A stretch of 32,000 bases of DNA. It comes from Candidatus Saccharimonadota bacterium. Its GTDB lineage: Archaea > Nanohalarchaeota > Nanosalinia > Nanosalinales > Nanosalinaceae. The stretch's first letter is position 1. Each line of letters starts with the position of its first letter. The position numbers and the translations under genes were made by a program. The stretch lies in NCBI GenBank assembly GCA_001761425.1, contig CP012986.1, positions 720,001 to 752,000 of the forward strand, written 5' to 3'. Positions 1 through 7,125 of the stretch are shown one piece after another. Under the pieces are notes generated by a model. The model was not told the DNA's origin, made no database searches, and saw only the letters and a list, made by a program, of their open reading frames with translations.

Positions 1-1
1 A

Positions 2-541
2 GGTATAGTCGTTCTTGTCGCTCTGATAAGTATTTACTATTACAACAGGATGGTGAAGCTGGAAAACCGTGTGGACAATGCATGGGCGCAGATAGATGTC
101 CAGCTTAAGAAACGTGCCGATTTAGTGCCTAATCTTATGGAGACGGTCGAGGGATACATGGAGCACGAAAGAGAAGTAATGGATCAGGTCTCAGAGTCCA
201 GGGAGAAAATGATGAACGCACAGAGCCAGGAAGAGGAGGTCCAGGCTGGAAATGACATGGGAAAGGCTCTCAAATCACTGTTCGCCGTCGCAGAGGACTA
301 CCCCGATCTGAAGGCGTCGCAGAATTTCTCCGAGCTTCAGCAGGAACTATCAAGTATTGAGAACAAGATTGCCTACGCACGCCAACACTACAATGACTCA
401 GTCATGACATTTAACAACGCGATCGAGACCTTCCCGGCTGTTTTATTCGCCAACATCTTCGGCAAACAGGAGAAAGATCAGCTTGAGATCGAGACAGCAG
501 ATAAAGAGCTTCCAGAAGTAGATTTCTCCAGCGATGAGTAA
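2..541 (+). CDS. LemA family membrane protein (5' end runs off the window)
   Basis: The listed ORF 50..541 stays open in the same frame back to base 2. That extension reads GIVVLVALISIYYYNR, a TM helix. It is followed by NAWAQIDVQLKKRADLVPNLMETVEGY, which matches the LemA core as I remember it. Confidence 0.75.
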   Translation, partial: GIVVLVALISIYYYNRMVKLENRVDNAWAQIDVQLKKRADLVPNLMETVEGYMEHEREVMDQVSESREKMMNAQSQEEEVQAGNDMGKALKSLFAVAEDYPDLKASQNFSELQQELSSIENKIAYARQHYNDSVMTFNNAIETFPAVLFANIFGKQEKDQLEIETADKELPEVDFSSDE

Positions 542-559
542 AGAGGAGGTGAAAGGCCT

Positions 560-1429
560 ATGATGCTGGAAGATCAGATTAAATGGAACCGGCGTAAAAG
601 CTATGCATTACTCTTCATAGTTCCACTAATCCTTCTGGCGGTTATATTCGTCTTTGGAAGAGTTTTCGTACCGAGAATCAGCCCTTTCCTTATTCTCGCA
701 GCTGGATCAGGTATATCAGTTCTGTACGTGCTTTTCTCCTATTTCAAGAGCGATGAAATGATACTTGAGGTTGTGGGCGCAAAAGAAGCTTCCGAACAGG
801 AGTACAGCCAGCTTCATGATTTAATGGAAGGCCTTACTATCTCTTCCGGTATGTCCAAGCCTGATCTCTACATACAGGAAGATGACAGGATCAACGCGTT
901 CGCAACCGGTAGAAAACCAGAGGACGGGAAAGTCTGTGTGACAACCGGTGCACTGGAGAAACTGGACGAAGACGAACTCGAAGGAGTCCTGGCCCACGAA
1001 CTCTCACACATCAAAAACCAGGATATCATGTTCATGACAGTCGCAGTCGCACTGATCGGAGTCATCAGCATCATCAGCGAACTACTGCTCCACAGCATGT
1101 TCTTCGGAGTAGACGATGATGCACCACCATGGGCAATGGCAGCAGGCCTTTTACTCGCAATCCTCGCACCTATATCAGCGAGAATGGTACAGCTTGCCAT
1201 GTCAAGAAAAAGAGAATACCTGGCCGATGCTTCAGGCGCACAGATGACACGCTACCCGGAAGGCCTCGCATCAGCACTGGAAAAAATCCAGAACCAGAAA
1301 AACCCGAAGATGGATGTGAACAAAGCCGTCTCGCACCTGTACTTCTCAAATCCCTTCAAAAACAAGGCCTCTTTCTTCTCAACGCATCCACCGCTGGAGG
1401 AAAGAGTTGAAAGACTCCGCAACATGTAA
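560..1429 (+). CDS. htpX: M48 family zinc metalloprotease, HtpX-like
   Basis: HELSH zinc motif (LAHELSHIKNQD). N-terminal and central TM helices. C-terminal STHPPLEERV typical of HtpX. GGAGGTGA Shine-Dalgarno at 545-552, 7 nt before the ATG. Confidence 0.85.
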   Translation: MMLEDQIKWNRRKSYALLFIVPLILLAVIFVFGRVFVPRISPFLILAAGSGISVLYVLFSYFKSDEMILEVVGAKEASEQEYSQLHDLMEGLTISSGMSKPDLYIQEDDRINAFATGRKPEDGKVCVTTGALEKLDEDELEGVLAHELSHIKNQDIMFMTVAVALIGVISIISELLLHSMFFGVDDDAPPWAMAAGLLLAILAPISARMVQLAMSRKREYLADASGAQMTRYPEGLASALEKIQNQKNPKMDVNKAVSHLYFSNPFKNKASFFSTHPPLEERVERLRNM

Positions 1430-1436
1430 AAAAATT

Positions 1437-1862
1437 TTAGCTGAGGTTCTCTCTCAGGAGTCCCTGTGTGTATGCTCCCAGTAACATTCCTGCTATCGCC
1501 AAAAGAGCAGGAAAGTTCCCTATACCGATACTTGCGTATGCTGCTCCGGGACAGATCCCTGAAATACCCCATCCTACGCCGAATACGATACCGCCGAAGA
1601 CTACTCTTCTATCAAGGTCTTTAACGCGTTTTCCCAGTTTTTGACCTGTTATCAGAGCCTCTATGTTTCTCCTTACTGCGATTTCGAATAGAAGGCCTAC
1701 TGAAACAGCTCCTGTAAGCAGGAAAGCCAGTAACCCTAGGTCCTTGAGCTGGAGGAAGTTCAGAACTACTTCAGGCCTTGCCATCTGGCTCAGGGCCAGT
1801 CCCAGGCCGAAAAGCATTCCGCCGGTGATGTAGACTGCGTTCAGCTTCCGGCTTTTTTTCAT
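1437..1862 (-). CDS. YeeE/YedE family (sulfur-compound transport-like) membrane protein, second half-size gene
   Basis: The hydrophobic protein starts at MKKSRKLNAVYITGGMLFGLGL and contains GWGISGICPG. I chose the start at 1862 because it gives an ATGA overlap with the upstream gene. The 61-aa N-terminal extension in the ORF track is Arg-rich and implausible. Confidence 0.6.
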   Translation of the reverse strand: MKKSRKLNAVYITGGMLFGLGLALSQMARPEVVLNFLQLKDLGLLAFLLTGAVSVGLLFEIAVRRNIEALITGQKLGKRVKDLDRRVVFGGIVFGVGWGISGICPGAAYASIGIGNFPALLAIAGMLLGAYTQGLLRENLS

Positions 1863-2317
1863 GGAGTTACCCCCAGTGCCTGTACGGTCAGTGCTGTGAT
1901 GATTGCGGTGAAGAGGAAGAAAACAAAGTTGACTATCGAGGCCTTTGACAGCGATCCTATCCCGTTCATACCGTGTCCTGAGGTACAGCCTTTGCCGAAC
2001 CTCGTGCCGAAGCCTACAAGTATTCCGCCTACGAGAAGCCTCCATAGACTTACATCTGTCCTCCAGAGGCCTTCCTGGTAAAAAACTGCGTAGAGAGAAG
2101 CACCGAGAACGATTCCTGCGGTGAAGAGAATCCTCCAGACCCTGGAACTTTCCCTGAAAACCTCTCTATCGGATACAAAAGAGATTGCTGTTTCAAGAAA
2201 GGTCGAAGCACCAGGTATTCTAGAGGAAATGATATAGATCAGGGCTATACCCGAAGCCAGAAGCAAAGCTCCGGTCACATACCTGTAAAGGCCCAGAGGG
2301 AACAGAGATTCAATCAT
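1859..2317 (-). CDS. YeeE/YedE family (sulfur-compound transport-like) membrane protein, first half-size gene
   Basis: Multi-TM protein with GFGTRFGKGCTSGHG, the conserved Cys loop of YeeE/YedE (PF04143-type) proteins. Its stop overlaps the next start (ATGA at 1859-1862). Confidence 0.7.
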   Translation of the reverse strand: MIESLFPLGLYRYVTGALLLASGIALIYIISSRIPGASTFLETAISFVSDREVFRESSRVWRILFTAGIVLGASLYAVFYQEGLWRTDVSLWRLLVGGILVGFGTRFGKGCTSGHGMNGIGSLSKASIVNFVFFLFTAIITALTVQALGVTP

Positions 2318-2325
2318 GTATCAAA

Positions 2326-2339
2326 ACCTGGATCCAGGT
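2326..2339. promoter_or_regulatory. Perfect 14-bp palindrome ACCTGGATCCAGGT between a TATA-like box and the YeeE/YedE start
   Basis: Read directly. The palindrome lies 9-22 nt upstream of the minus-strand ATG (2315-2317). On the minus strand CTATTTTTA sits immediately upstream of it. Confidence 0.35.
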
Positions 2340-2487
2340 AAAAATAGTGACTCGCCGAATAAAAAACCGGATAAAGGCCTCTGACCTGAGATAAAGTTTT
2401 AATCTATCCACGGACAGAAAAATGTCAGGAGAGAAAAGCATAGACCAGATCGAGTACAGAGAAACCAGTTAGCTGAGGCCTCTACAA

Positions 2488-2874
2488 TTGTTTTTTAACA
2501 CTTTCAGTTCAACAAAGTTATCAGTGAATATAGAAGATATCACAGATGAAATCCTGGAGGAAACGGATTACCTGGAATCAGCGACAACCGGTTACCCACG
2601 CTACACCGAAGATGAGGCCTTGAACGCTGCGGAGGCCCTAGAAAGCAGTGAAGACATCCAGATGCTGGAAGAACTCGGGAATGGAAAAGGCCTCTATGAC
2701 ATCTACACCGAAGGTATAGGACAGAACCTTGACAGGTTGGATGATGCAGAGCTGATTGAACGGCCTGAAACAGGACAGGAATTTGTAAAACTTACACGTC
2801 TTTCACAGACCTACTTGCAGTACTACAGGAAGGTTCAAAGACTGGACAACTCTTTAGAACCCGCTCAACAGTAA
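2488..2874 (+). CDS. Hypothetical acidic protein (start uncertain, TTG in the ORF track)
   Basis: Open frame of 128 codons with an acidic composition like its neighbours. No motif recognised. The first codon is TTG. Confidence 0.4.
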   Translation: MFFNTFSSTKLSVNIEDITDEILEETDYLESATTGYPRYTEDEALNAAEALESSEDIQMLEELGNGKGLYDIYTEGIGQNLDRLDDAELIERPETGQEFVKLTRLSQTYLQYYRKVQRLDNSLEPAQQ

Positions 2875-2894
2875 ACTACCGCCAGCGATTCCTT

Positions 2895-3425
2895 TCATCC
2901 GCTGAAACCTCTTTCACCGCGTGAAGGATAAACCGATTCCCTGTCAACACCAACGTAAAGGCCTATCACATCCCTCAGATATCTCTGCTCCCCGGACTCA
3001 TCAAGTATTTCAGCCTCCTCATCCAGCGTCATCCTCAAACCCGAGGCCTCATTCTCCACCTGGGAAACATTTTCCAGAGAAGGACTGTTCCTGTTAAGAT
3101 AATCAACCATTTCATCGACAGAATCCGGCATTTTGACGACAGAATCTGTCCTGTAATTAACATCTATACTCCCATCAGGCCTTCCAGAAACACTGATCCT
3201 TCCTTTATCGCCTTCATACTCCGCCCGGAGATCCCACCAAGAATCACCGGCAGAGACATCAAAATCCCAGCCATAACTCACAACCTGGCGGGCCTCCTCA
3301 TGAATACTGGAAAAACTTTGGACCATATCACCACGAAGACCTACCGCATCATCAACACCCATATCAACATCATACAAATCAAGGCCTACCTTCTCTCCCT
3401 GAAACAGATCATCTCCTCTGAACAT
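2895..3425 (-). CDS. Hypothetical acidic protein
   Basis: 176-codon ORF with an ATG start, acidic composition and several AGGCCT copies, as in native genes. No motif recognised. Confidence 0.5.
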   Translation of the reverse strand: MFRGDDLFQGEKVGLDLYDVDMGVDDAVGLRGDMVQSFSSIHEEARQVVSYGWDFDVSAGDSWWDLRAEYEGDKGRISVSGRPDGSIDVNYRTDSVVKMPDSVDEMVDYLNRNSPSLENVSQVENEASGLRMTLDEEAEILDESGEQRYLRDVIGLYVGVDRESVYPSRGERGFSG

Positions 3426-3536
3426 AAGTAAAGAATAGGCCTGAAAATTTACAAACCAATTTCAAAAATTCTAGCTACCAACAATCTCTTTCTACTATTT
3501 CAACAAATTCATTATACTTTGGAGTAATCAGTAAAT

Positions 3537-3692
3537 ATGAGCAATTCCGAAGATAACTTTTGGAAAAAAGCTATCGGAGCAGCCGGTTTAGGAGGACTAG
3601 CTTATCTATTGTCTACACAGAAATGTCAAAGTTGTGGAAAGAGAAATCCTAATGAAAATAATAGGTGTTCTAACTGTGGTGCCTGGCTGTGA
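3537..3692 (+). CDS. Small (51 aa) membrane-anchored zinc-ribbon protein, below the ORF-track cutoff
   Basis: Manual translation gives MSNSEDNFWKKAIGAAGLGGLAYLLSTQKCQSCGKRNPNENNRCSNCGAWL*. It has one hydrophobic helix and a CxxC-x11-CxxC motif. The TGA stop overlaps the next ATG (TGATG at 3690-3694). Confidence 0.45.
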   Translation: MSNSEDNFWKKAIGAAGLGGLAYLLSTQKCQSCGKRNPNENNRCSNCGAWL

Positions 3693-4042
3693 TGAGCTAC
3701 ATCAAAGAAGTCCTACAGATATCTGATGTGGAATTCTGGAAGGAAATAAAGGCGAACTGGAATCATGGGAGCATGAAAGATCAGATGTTTTTCTGCCTTT
3801 TTCTAGTTCCTTTGTTAGGATTTCTAATATTTTACGAAAATAGTTTGACGAAAGTGCAGGCTTATTTCACCGGAGGAATTCTGACGGTTATTTTCATCTC
3901 AATTTTGAACACCTGGGCTTTTGCCAAGGTAGAATATGAAAAAAGAAATTATCGATGTCCTAATTGTGGAAATCCAATGGAGCATAGGTTAACTGAGGAC
4001 CACAATTGCCAATCGAAGCAATCAAAATCTGGCGTGTCCTAA
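3692..4042 (+). CDS. Small membrane protein with a C-terminal CxxC/H...C zinc-finger-like tail
   Basis: Two to three hydrophobic helices followed by YRCPNCGNPMEHRLTEDHNC. I prefer ATG 3692, since the track start 3689 is GTG. Confidence 0.5.
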   Translation: MSYIKEVLQISDVEFWKEIKANWNHGSMKDQMFFCLFLVPLLGFLIFYENSLTKVQAYFTGGILTVIFISILNTWAFAKVEYEKRNYRCPNCGNPMEHRLTEDHNCQSKQSKSGVS

Positions 4043-4534
4043 CTCTCCCTCTAGTTGTTCAACTCTTTTCTCTAACCTCCGTATTTTATCCTCTAACTTG
4101 TCAACCTGAGACTCCAGGGGATCAAAATTATTACTACCGAAACTTCCGAAGACCTCATCTTTAGTGTTCTCAACTTCACTCTGAGTTCTCTCAACCTCTA
4201 CTTTAGTACTTTGAACCTCACTCCTAGTTTGACCAATTTCGTCTTTGGCATCTTCAATCTCTTCATAAGCTTCTTCAATTTCCTCCTCTCTTCTCTCTAT
4301 CTCATCTTGTACATGCATGATGTCATTTTTAGTAAATCCAATACTCTTTTCTGTAAGATAAACTCCTAAAATATCAAGTAATGTCCCTAAGGTAAACAGG
4401 AATCCTCCAATAACCATCTTATTAGGAAAAAACCCAACGGTTGAGATTGCAATCAAAAGCGTACCCGTCACGAAAAAGCCTTTCTTGAAAGGAATTATCT
4501 TTTCCCAGGTACTCCTTTCAACTTTATTATTCAT
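4022..4534 (-). CDS. Membrane-anchored coiled-coil protein with internal approx 11-aa repeats
   Basis: The N-terminus carries two TM helices. It is followed by EEIEEAYEEIEDAKDEIGQTRSEVQSTKVEVERTQSEVENTKDEV and then a heptad-like C-terminus. The repeats are also visible in the DNA. The gene overlaps 3692..4042 convergently by 21 nt. Confidence 0.5.
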   Translation of the reverse strand: MNNKVERSTWEKIIPFKKGFFVTGTLLIAISTVGFFPNKMVIGGFLFTLGTLLDILGVYLTEKSIGFTKNDIMHVQDEIERREEEIEEAYEEIEDAKDEIGQTRSEVQSTKVEVERTQSEVENTKDEVFGSFGSNNFDPLESQVDKLEDKIRRLEKRVEQLEGELGHARF

Positions 4535-4585
4535 CTGAACGTATAAAGAAATGCTACAGGAACCTTTTAGTTTTTAATCTCAATT

Positions 4586-5827
4586 TCATAGGATTTTATC
4601 GAACGGATCATCGTCGTCATCTTCGAGATACGAGTCCAGTTCAATGTTTTTCTCGATTTTCCTTTCGTTTCCTCCACTCTTGAGACCTCCAGAATCAAAT
4701 CCGAAGTCCATCGGGCGACTGTCCTCAAGAGTGACAGAACCATCCTTAACCTGTACAGTCAGGTCCGGTTCAGGCCTTCCATTGAACTCTCGGACTGTCG
4801 GCACGTAGACACTTCCTCTCTCCTCATAACCGGATCTAGCATCAACTTCCGGTGCCTGAGCATCTACCACGGGAGGTGTGACACCGAAGCTGTCCCAGGT
4901 GTTGAGATCGATTTCTACATCTCCTTCCCAGACCTGGATAGTTCCACGAAGCTCGGGATCCTCAACGGTAACTGAGCCATCGGGAACCTTGACATAGACC
5001 TCATTATCCCTCTGAACTTTTGAATCTCCCAATAGAGATACCCGTAAAATTCCTTCATCCTGCTCCGCTCTCGGAACAGCTTGGAAATCCTGATCGCTTT
5101 TATCTTCAACAAAGGTAAGATCTCCATGTGCAGTAATATCAGTTAACTCCTCTTCAACAAGATCAGGATACTTCTCACCACTGCTGATGTAACCCATTCC
5201 GCCACGAACATTTATCGCATCCTCAACCCGCTGTCTGCGGTCTTCGAAACGATCTCTGACAGAATCGCGAAGCTCCTGCTCTTCCACATCTCTTCCCAGG
5301 GCCTCGGCCTTCAACAACTCCAGCTCAACCCTGTTATCAACTTTTTCATCAAGATCAGAAGGCCTCCTATCCTGAAGCTCCTGATAACGCTCAAAATAAT
5401 CATTTCCACGAGCCTCATCCGCATCCTTCAAAGCCTCCTCCATTCTCTGTTGCTCCATCTTACCGCGGAAACGACCATACATCAATTTTTCAAGGCCTGA
5501 AACACGCTCATCTAATACACCTCCGTCAAAGAAATCCTCGGCTTCCTGCCACTCCTGATACTCATCCATATCCACGAAATCCGGCTCCTCCAAGGCCTCA
5601 CCAGTCAAGATATCTCTTACCTGCCTAATAGTCTTGTAAGCGGCAGCATCACCATTTTTAGCATCAGGATGATAACGGCCCATCAAATCGCGGGCGGCAT
5701 TACGAACCTGATCCTCAGAGGCCTCATAGTCAAGCCCCAACATATCATACAGATCCTCCTCATCCTCAGCACCCATAAAATCTCCAGTAAAAGTTATCGC
5801 GTTATGCTGAGGAACCAGATCAGTCAT
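4586..5827 (-). CDS. J-domain (DnaJ-like) protein with a long acidic, non-DnaJ C-terminal region
   Basis: DLYDMLGLDYEASEDQVRNAARDLMGRYHPDAKNGD is a J domain with an HPD motif. There is no Cys-rich DnaJ zinc-finger region. I chose ATG at 5827, since the track start 5833 is GTG. Confidence 0.7.
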   Translation of the reverse strand: MTDLVPQHNAITFTGDFMGAEDEEDLYDMLGLDYEASEDQVRNAARDLMGRYHPDAKNGDAAAYKTIRQVRDILTGEALEEPDFVDMDEYQEWQEAEDFFDGGVLDERVSGLEKLMYGRFRGKMEQQRMEEALKDADEARGNDYFERYQELQDRRPSDLDEKVDNRVELELLKAEALGRDVEEQELRDSVRDRFEDRRQRVEDAINVRGGMGYISSGEKYPDLVEEELTDITAHGDLTFVEDKSDQDFQAVPRAEQDEGILRVSLLGDSKVQRDNEVYVKVPDGSVTVEDPELRGTIQVWEGDVEIDLNTWDSFGVTPPVVDAQAPEVDARSGYEERGSVYVPTVREFNGRPEPDLTVQVKDGSVTLEDSRPMDFGFDSGGLKSGGNERKIEKNIELDSYLEDDDDDPFDKIL

Positions 5828-5904
5828 ATTCACGAATTAGTGACAAAAAATTAAATATTTCTTGAAGAACTCAAGAGATACATTAGTCCAGAGGAACTGA
5901 TAGT

Positions 5905-6258
5905 TTACTTTCTGACCTTCTCTATCTCAACCTGCTCCTCACCATGTCTCTCCAGGTATTTTTCTGCGATATCCTCCCAGCTCTCCTCAAGTTTGTTCCA
6001 GGTCTCCCAGAAATCCCATTCTATGTACTCCACTCTTGTAGGAGGCCTTTCATAGAACTTGTCAAAGTGAATTCCGTTATGTTCTTCCTTATAATCTACT
6101 CTTGCTACATTGATCTTTTCCTCATCTCCATTTCTGTCGTAACTTCTGAAAAAAATATTGATGGAGTAATCATCAGGATTATCCTCTGGCGGCTTCCGAG
6201 GCCTCCAGAAAATCTTCTTATCTAGAACCTCTCCAAGCTCGAAAGAGTTTCCTGCCAC
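5905..6258 (-). CDS. Hypothetical protein (GTG start)
   Basis: 117-codon ORF. The stretch ARVDYKEEHNGIHFDKFY faintly resembles small DUF6516/TumE-like proteins, but I cannot verify that. Confidence 0.4.
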   Translation of the reverse strand: MAGNSFELGEVLDKKIFWRPRKPPEDNPDDYSINIFFRSYDRNGDEEKINVARVDYKEEHNGIHFDKFYERPPTRVEYIEWDFWETWNKLEESWEDIAEKYLERHGEEQVEIEKVRK

Positions 6259-6315
6259 GCATGTTTTCCAGGGAACAAGATTTTAAAGTGTTCGCATCAA
6301 GTGTTAACGTGTTGT

Positions 6316-6344
6316 ATGGTCCACCCGGGACTCGAACCCGGGAC
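6316..6344 (-). repeat. 29-bp direct repeat: orphan copy of the tRNA-Ile 3' end (T-arm plus acceptor)
   Basis: ATGGTCCACCCGGGACTCGAACCCGGGAC at 6316-6344 is identical to 7125-7153. Identity stops on both sides. Confidence 0.9.
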
Positions 6345-6377
6345 TGGGCTTTGCACCCCTCCCAGGTGAAAATCAAG

Positions 6378-6731
6378 ATGAAAACTAAGAGCACGAAGCC
6401 AGAAGAATCGCCCAGTTTCGAGGACTACAACGATTTTATGAAGTTCCTCACAAAGTCGGGAGTAGAAGATATACTTGTACTGAAAAGAGACACCTTCAGA
6501 GACGTAACCACGCCGAAAAGGACAGAAATAATCGAAACGATCCAGAAAGAAGAAATCTCTTCAATCAGAGACCTCTCAAGAAAACTTGACAGAAAAGTCA
6601 GCGCAGTACACAAAGACCTTGAAGTACTCTACGAAAGCAACGTCATCGACTTCAGAAAGGAAAAAGAAAGCAAGATACCAGAAATAAAACACCAAAATAT
6701 TCTACCAGAACCGCTCGTCTACAACGACTGA
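6378..6731 (+). CDS. Winged-helix DNA-binding protein (HVO_A0114-like/MarR-like wHTH)
   Basis: ISSIRDLSRKLDRKVSAVHKDLEVLYESNVIDFRKEKESKIPEIKHQNILPEPL matches the small archaeal wHTH pattern. AGGTGA Shine-Dalgarno at 6364-6369, 8 nt before ATG 6378. The track start 6261 reads through the tRNA fragment and is rejected. Confidence 0.55.
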   Translation: MKTKSTKPEESPSFEDYNDFMKFLTKSGVEDILVLKRDTFRDVTTPKRTEIIETIQKEEISSIRDLSRKLDRKVSAVHKDLEVLYESNVIDFRKEKESKIPEIKHQNILPEPLVYND

Positions 6732-6782
6732 AACCCAAAAAAATGAACACATGTGCACAGGCTGTACCGCCAATGGGATAAA

Positions 6783-6950
6783 CTAGAAAGCCTCCTGTTT
6801 CTGCTCCGAGTTATCATTTGACTCTCTTATTGCCCTGACAGTAAATAGTACAGGTTTAAACAGAAGTTTGAGTTTCCTTCTACGCTCTCTTTTTCTCTCC
6901 TCAGCCTTTTTACCTAACTGATATCCAATAAACAACTTCCCCAATCCCAT
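6783..6950 (-). CDS. Possible 55-aa strongly basic small protein (below the ORF-track cutoff)
   Basis: Manual translation gives MGLGKLFIGYQLGKKAEERKRERRRKLKLLFKPVLFTVRAIRESNDNSEQKQEAF*. No obvious Shine-Dalgarno. Its basic composition contrasts with the acidic proteome. Confidence 0.2.
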   Translation of the reverse strand: MGLGKLFIGYQLGKKAEERKRERRRKLKLLFKPVLFTVRAIRESNDNSEQKQEAF

Positions 6951-7125
6951 AAAGAGGAAATTTTGCTAAAATGTTAAATCGCTAAGTTCTGTAGATGGCC
7001 TTCATAACTCTGACAAGCATGGCCAAAACCATCATAATCTAATTTCGAGCCTTTGGCTGTTCTAAACATCGGAGCCTTGGACCAGATTCGCCCTGGTTCT
7101 CAAGTTCAATAACACAATACACAGA

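Larger units (their letters stand above)
3426..4585. other. Low-GC island lacking AGGCCT
   Basis: Spot base counts of 60-nt lines give about 25-42% GC here, against about 47-52% in flanking core genes. No AGGCCT occurs between 3443 and 4771. Confidence 0.5.

Noticed and set aside
1863-2045. Upstream extensions offered by the ORF track for 1437..2045, 23809..24540, 24559..25881, 29836..31107, 18745..19314 and 10429..10917
   Set aside because: The extensions overlap the preceding gene or intergenic hairpins, are compositionally atypical (Arg/Cys-rich), and internal ATGs with a Shine-Dalgarno or start-stop coupling give proteins that begin at the conserved N-termini.
6261-6377. N-terminal extension of the wHTH ORF that reads through the tRNA fragment, and ORF 7062..7247 reading through tRNA exon 2. 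Together they raised the idea of an SSV-type integrase split by integration.
   Set aside because: Neither fragment shows any integrase-like sequence. The wHTH gene has its own Shine-Dalgarno plus ATG at 6378. The 61-aa ORF overlaps the tRNA and its intron. The read-through is most likely coincidental.
5905-6731. TumE/TumA-like (DUF6516 plus HVO_A0114-type wHTH) toxin-antitoxin pair
   Set aside because: The resemblance of 5905..6258 to DUF6516 is only a vague R.D...H...H pattern from memory. The two genes are divergent and separated by the tRNA-fragment repeat, so they are not an operon.
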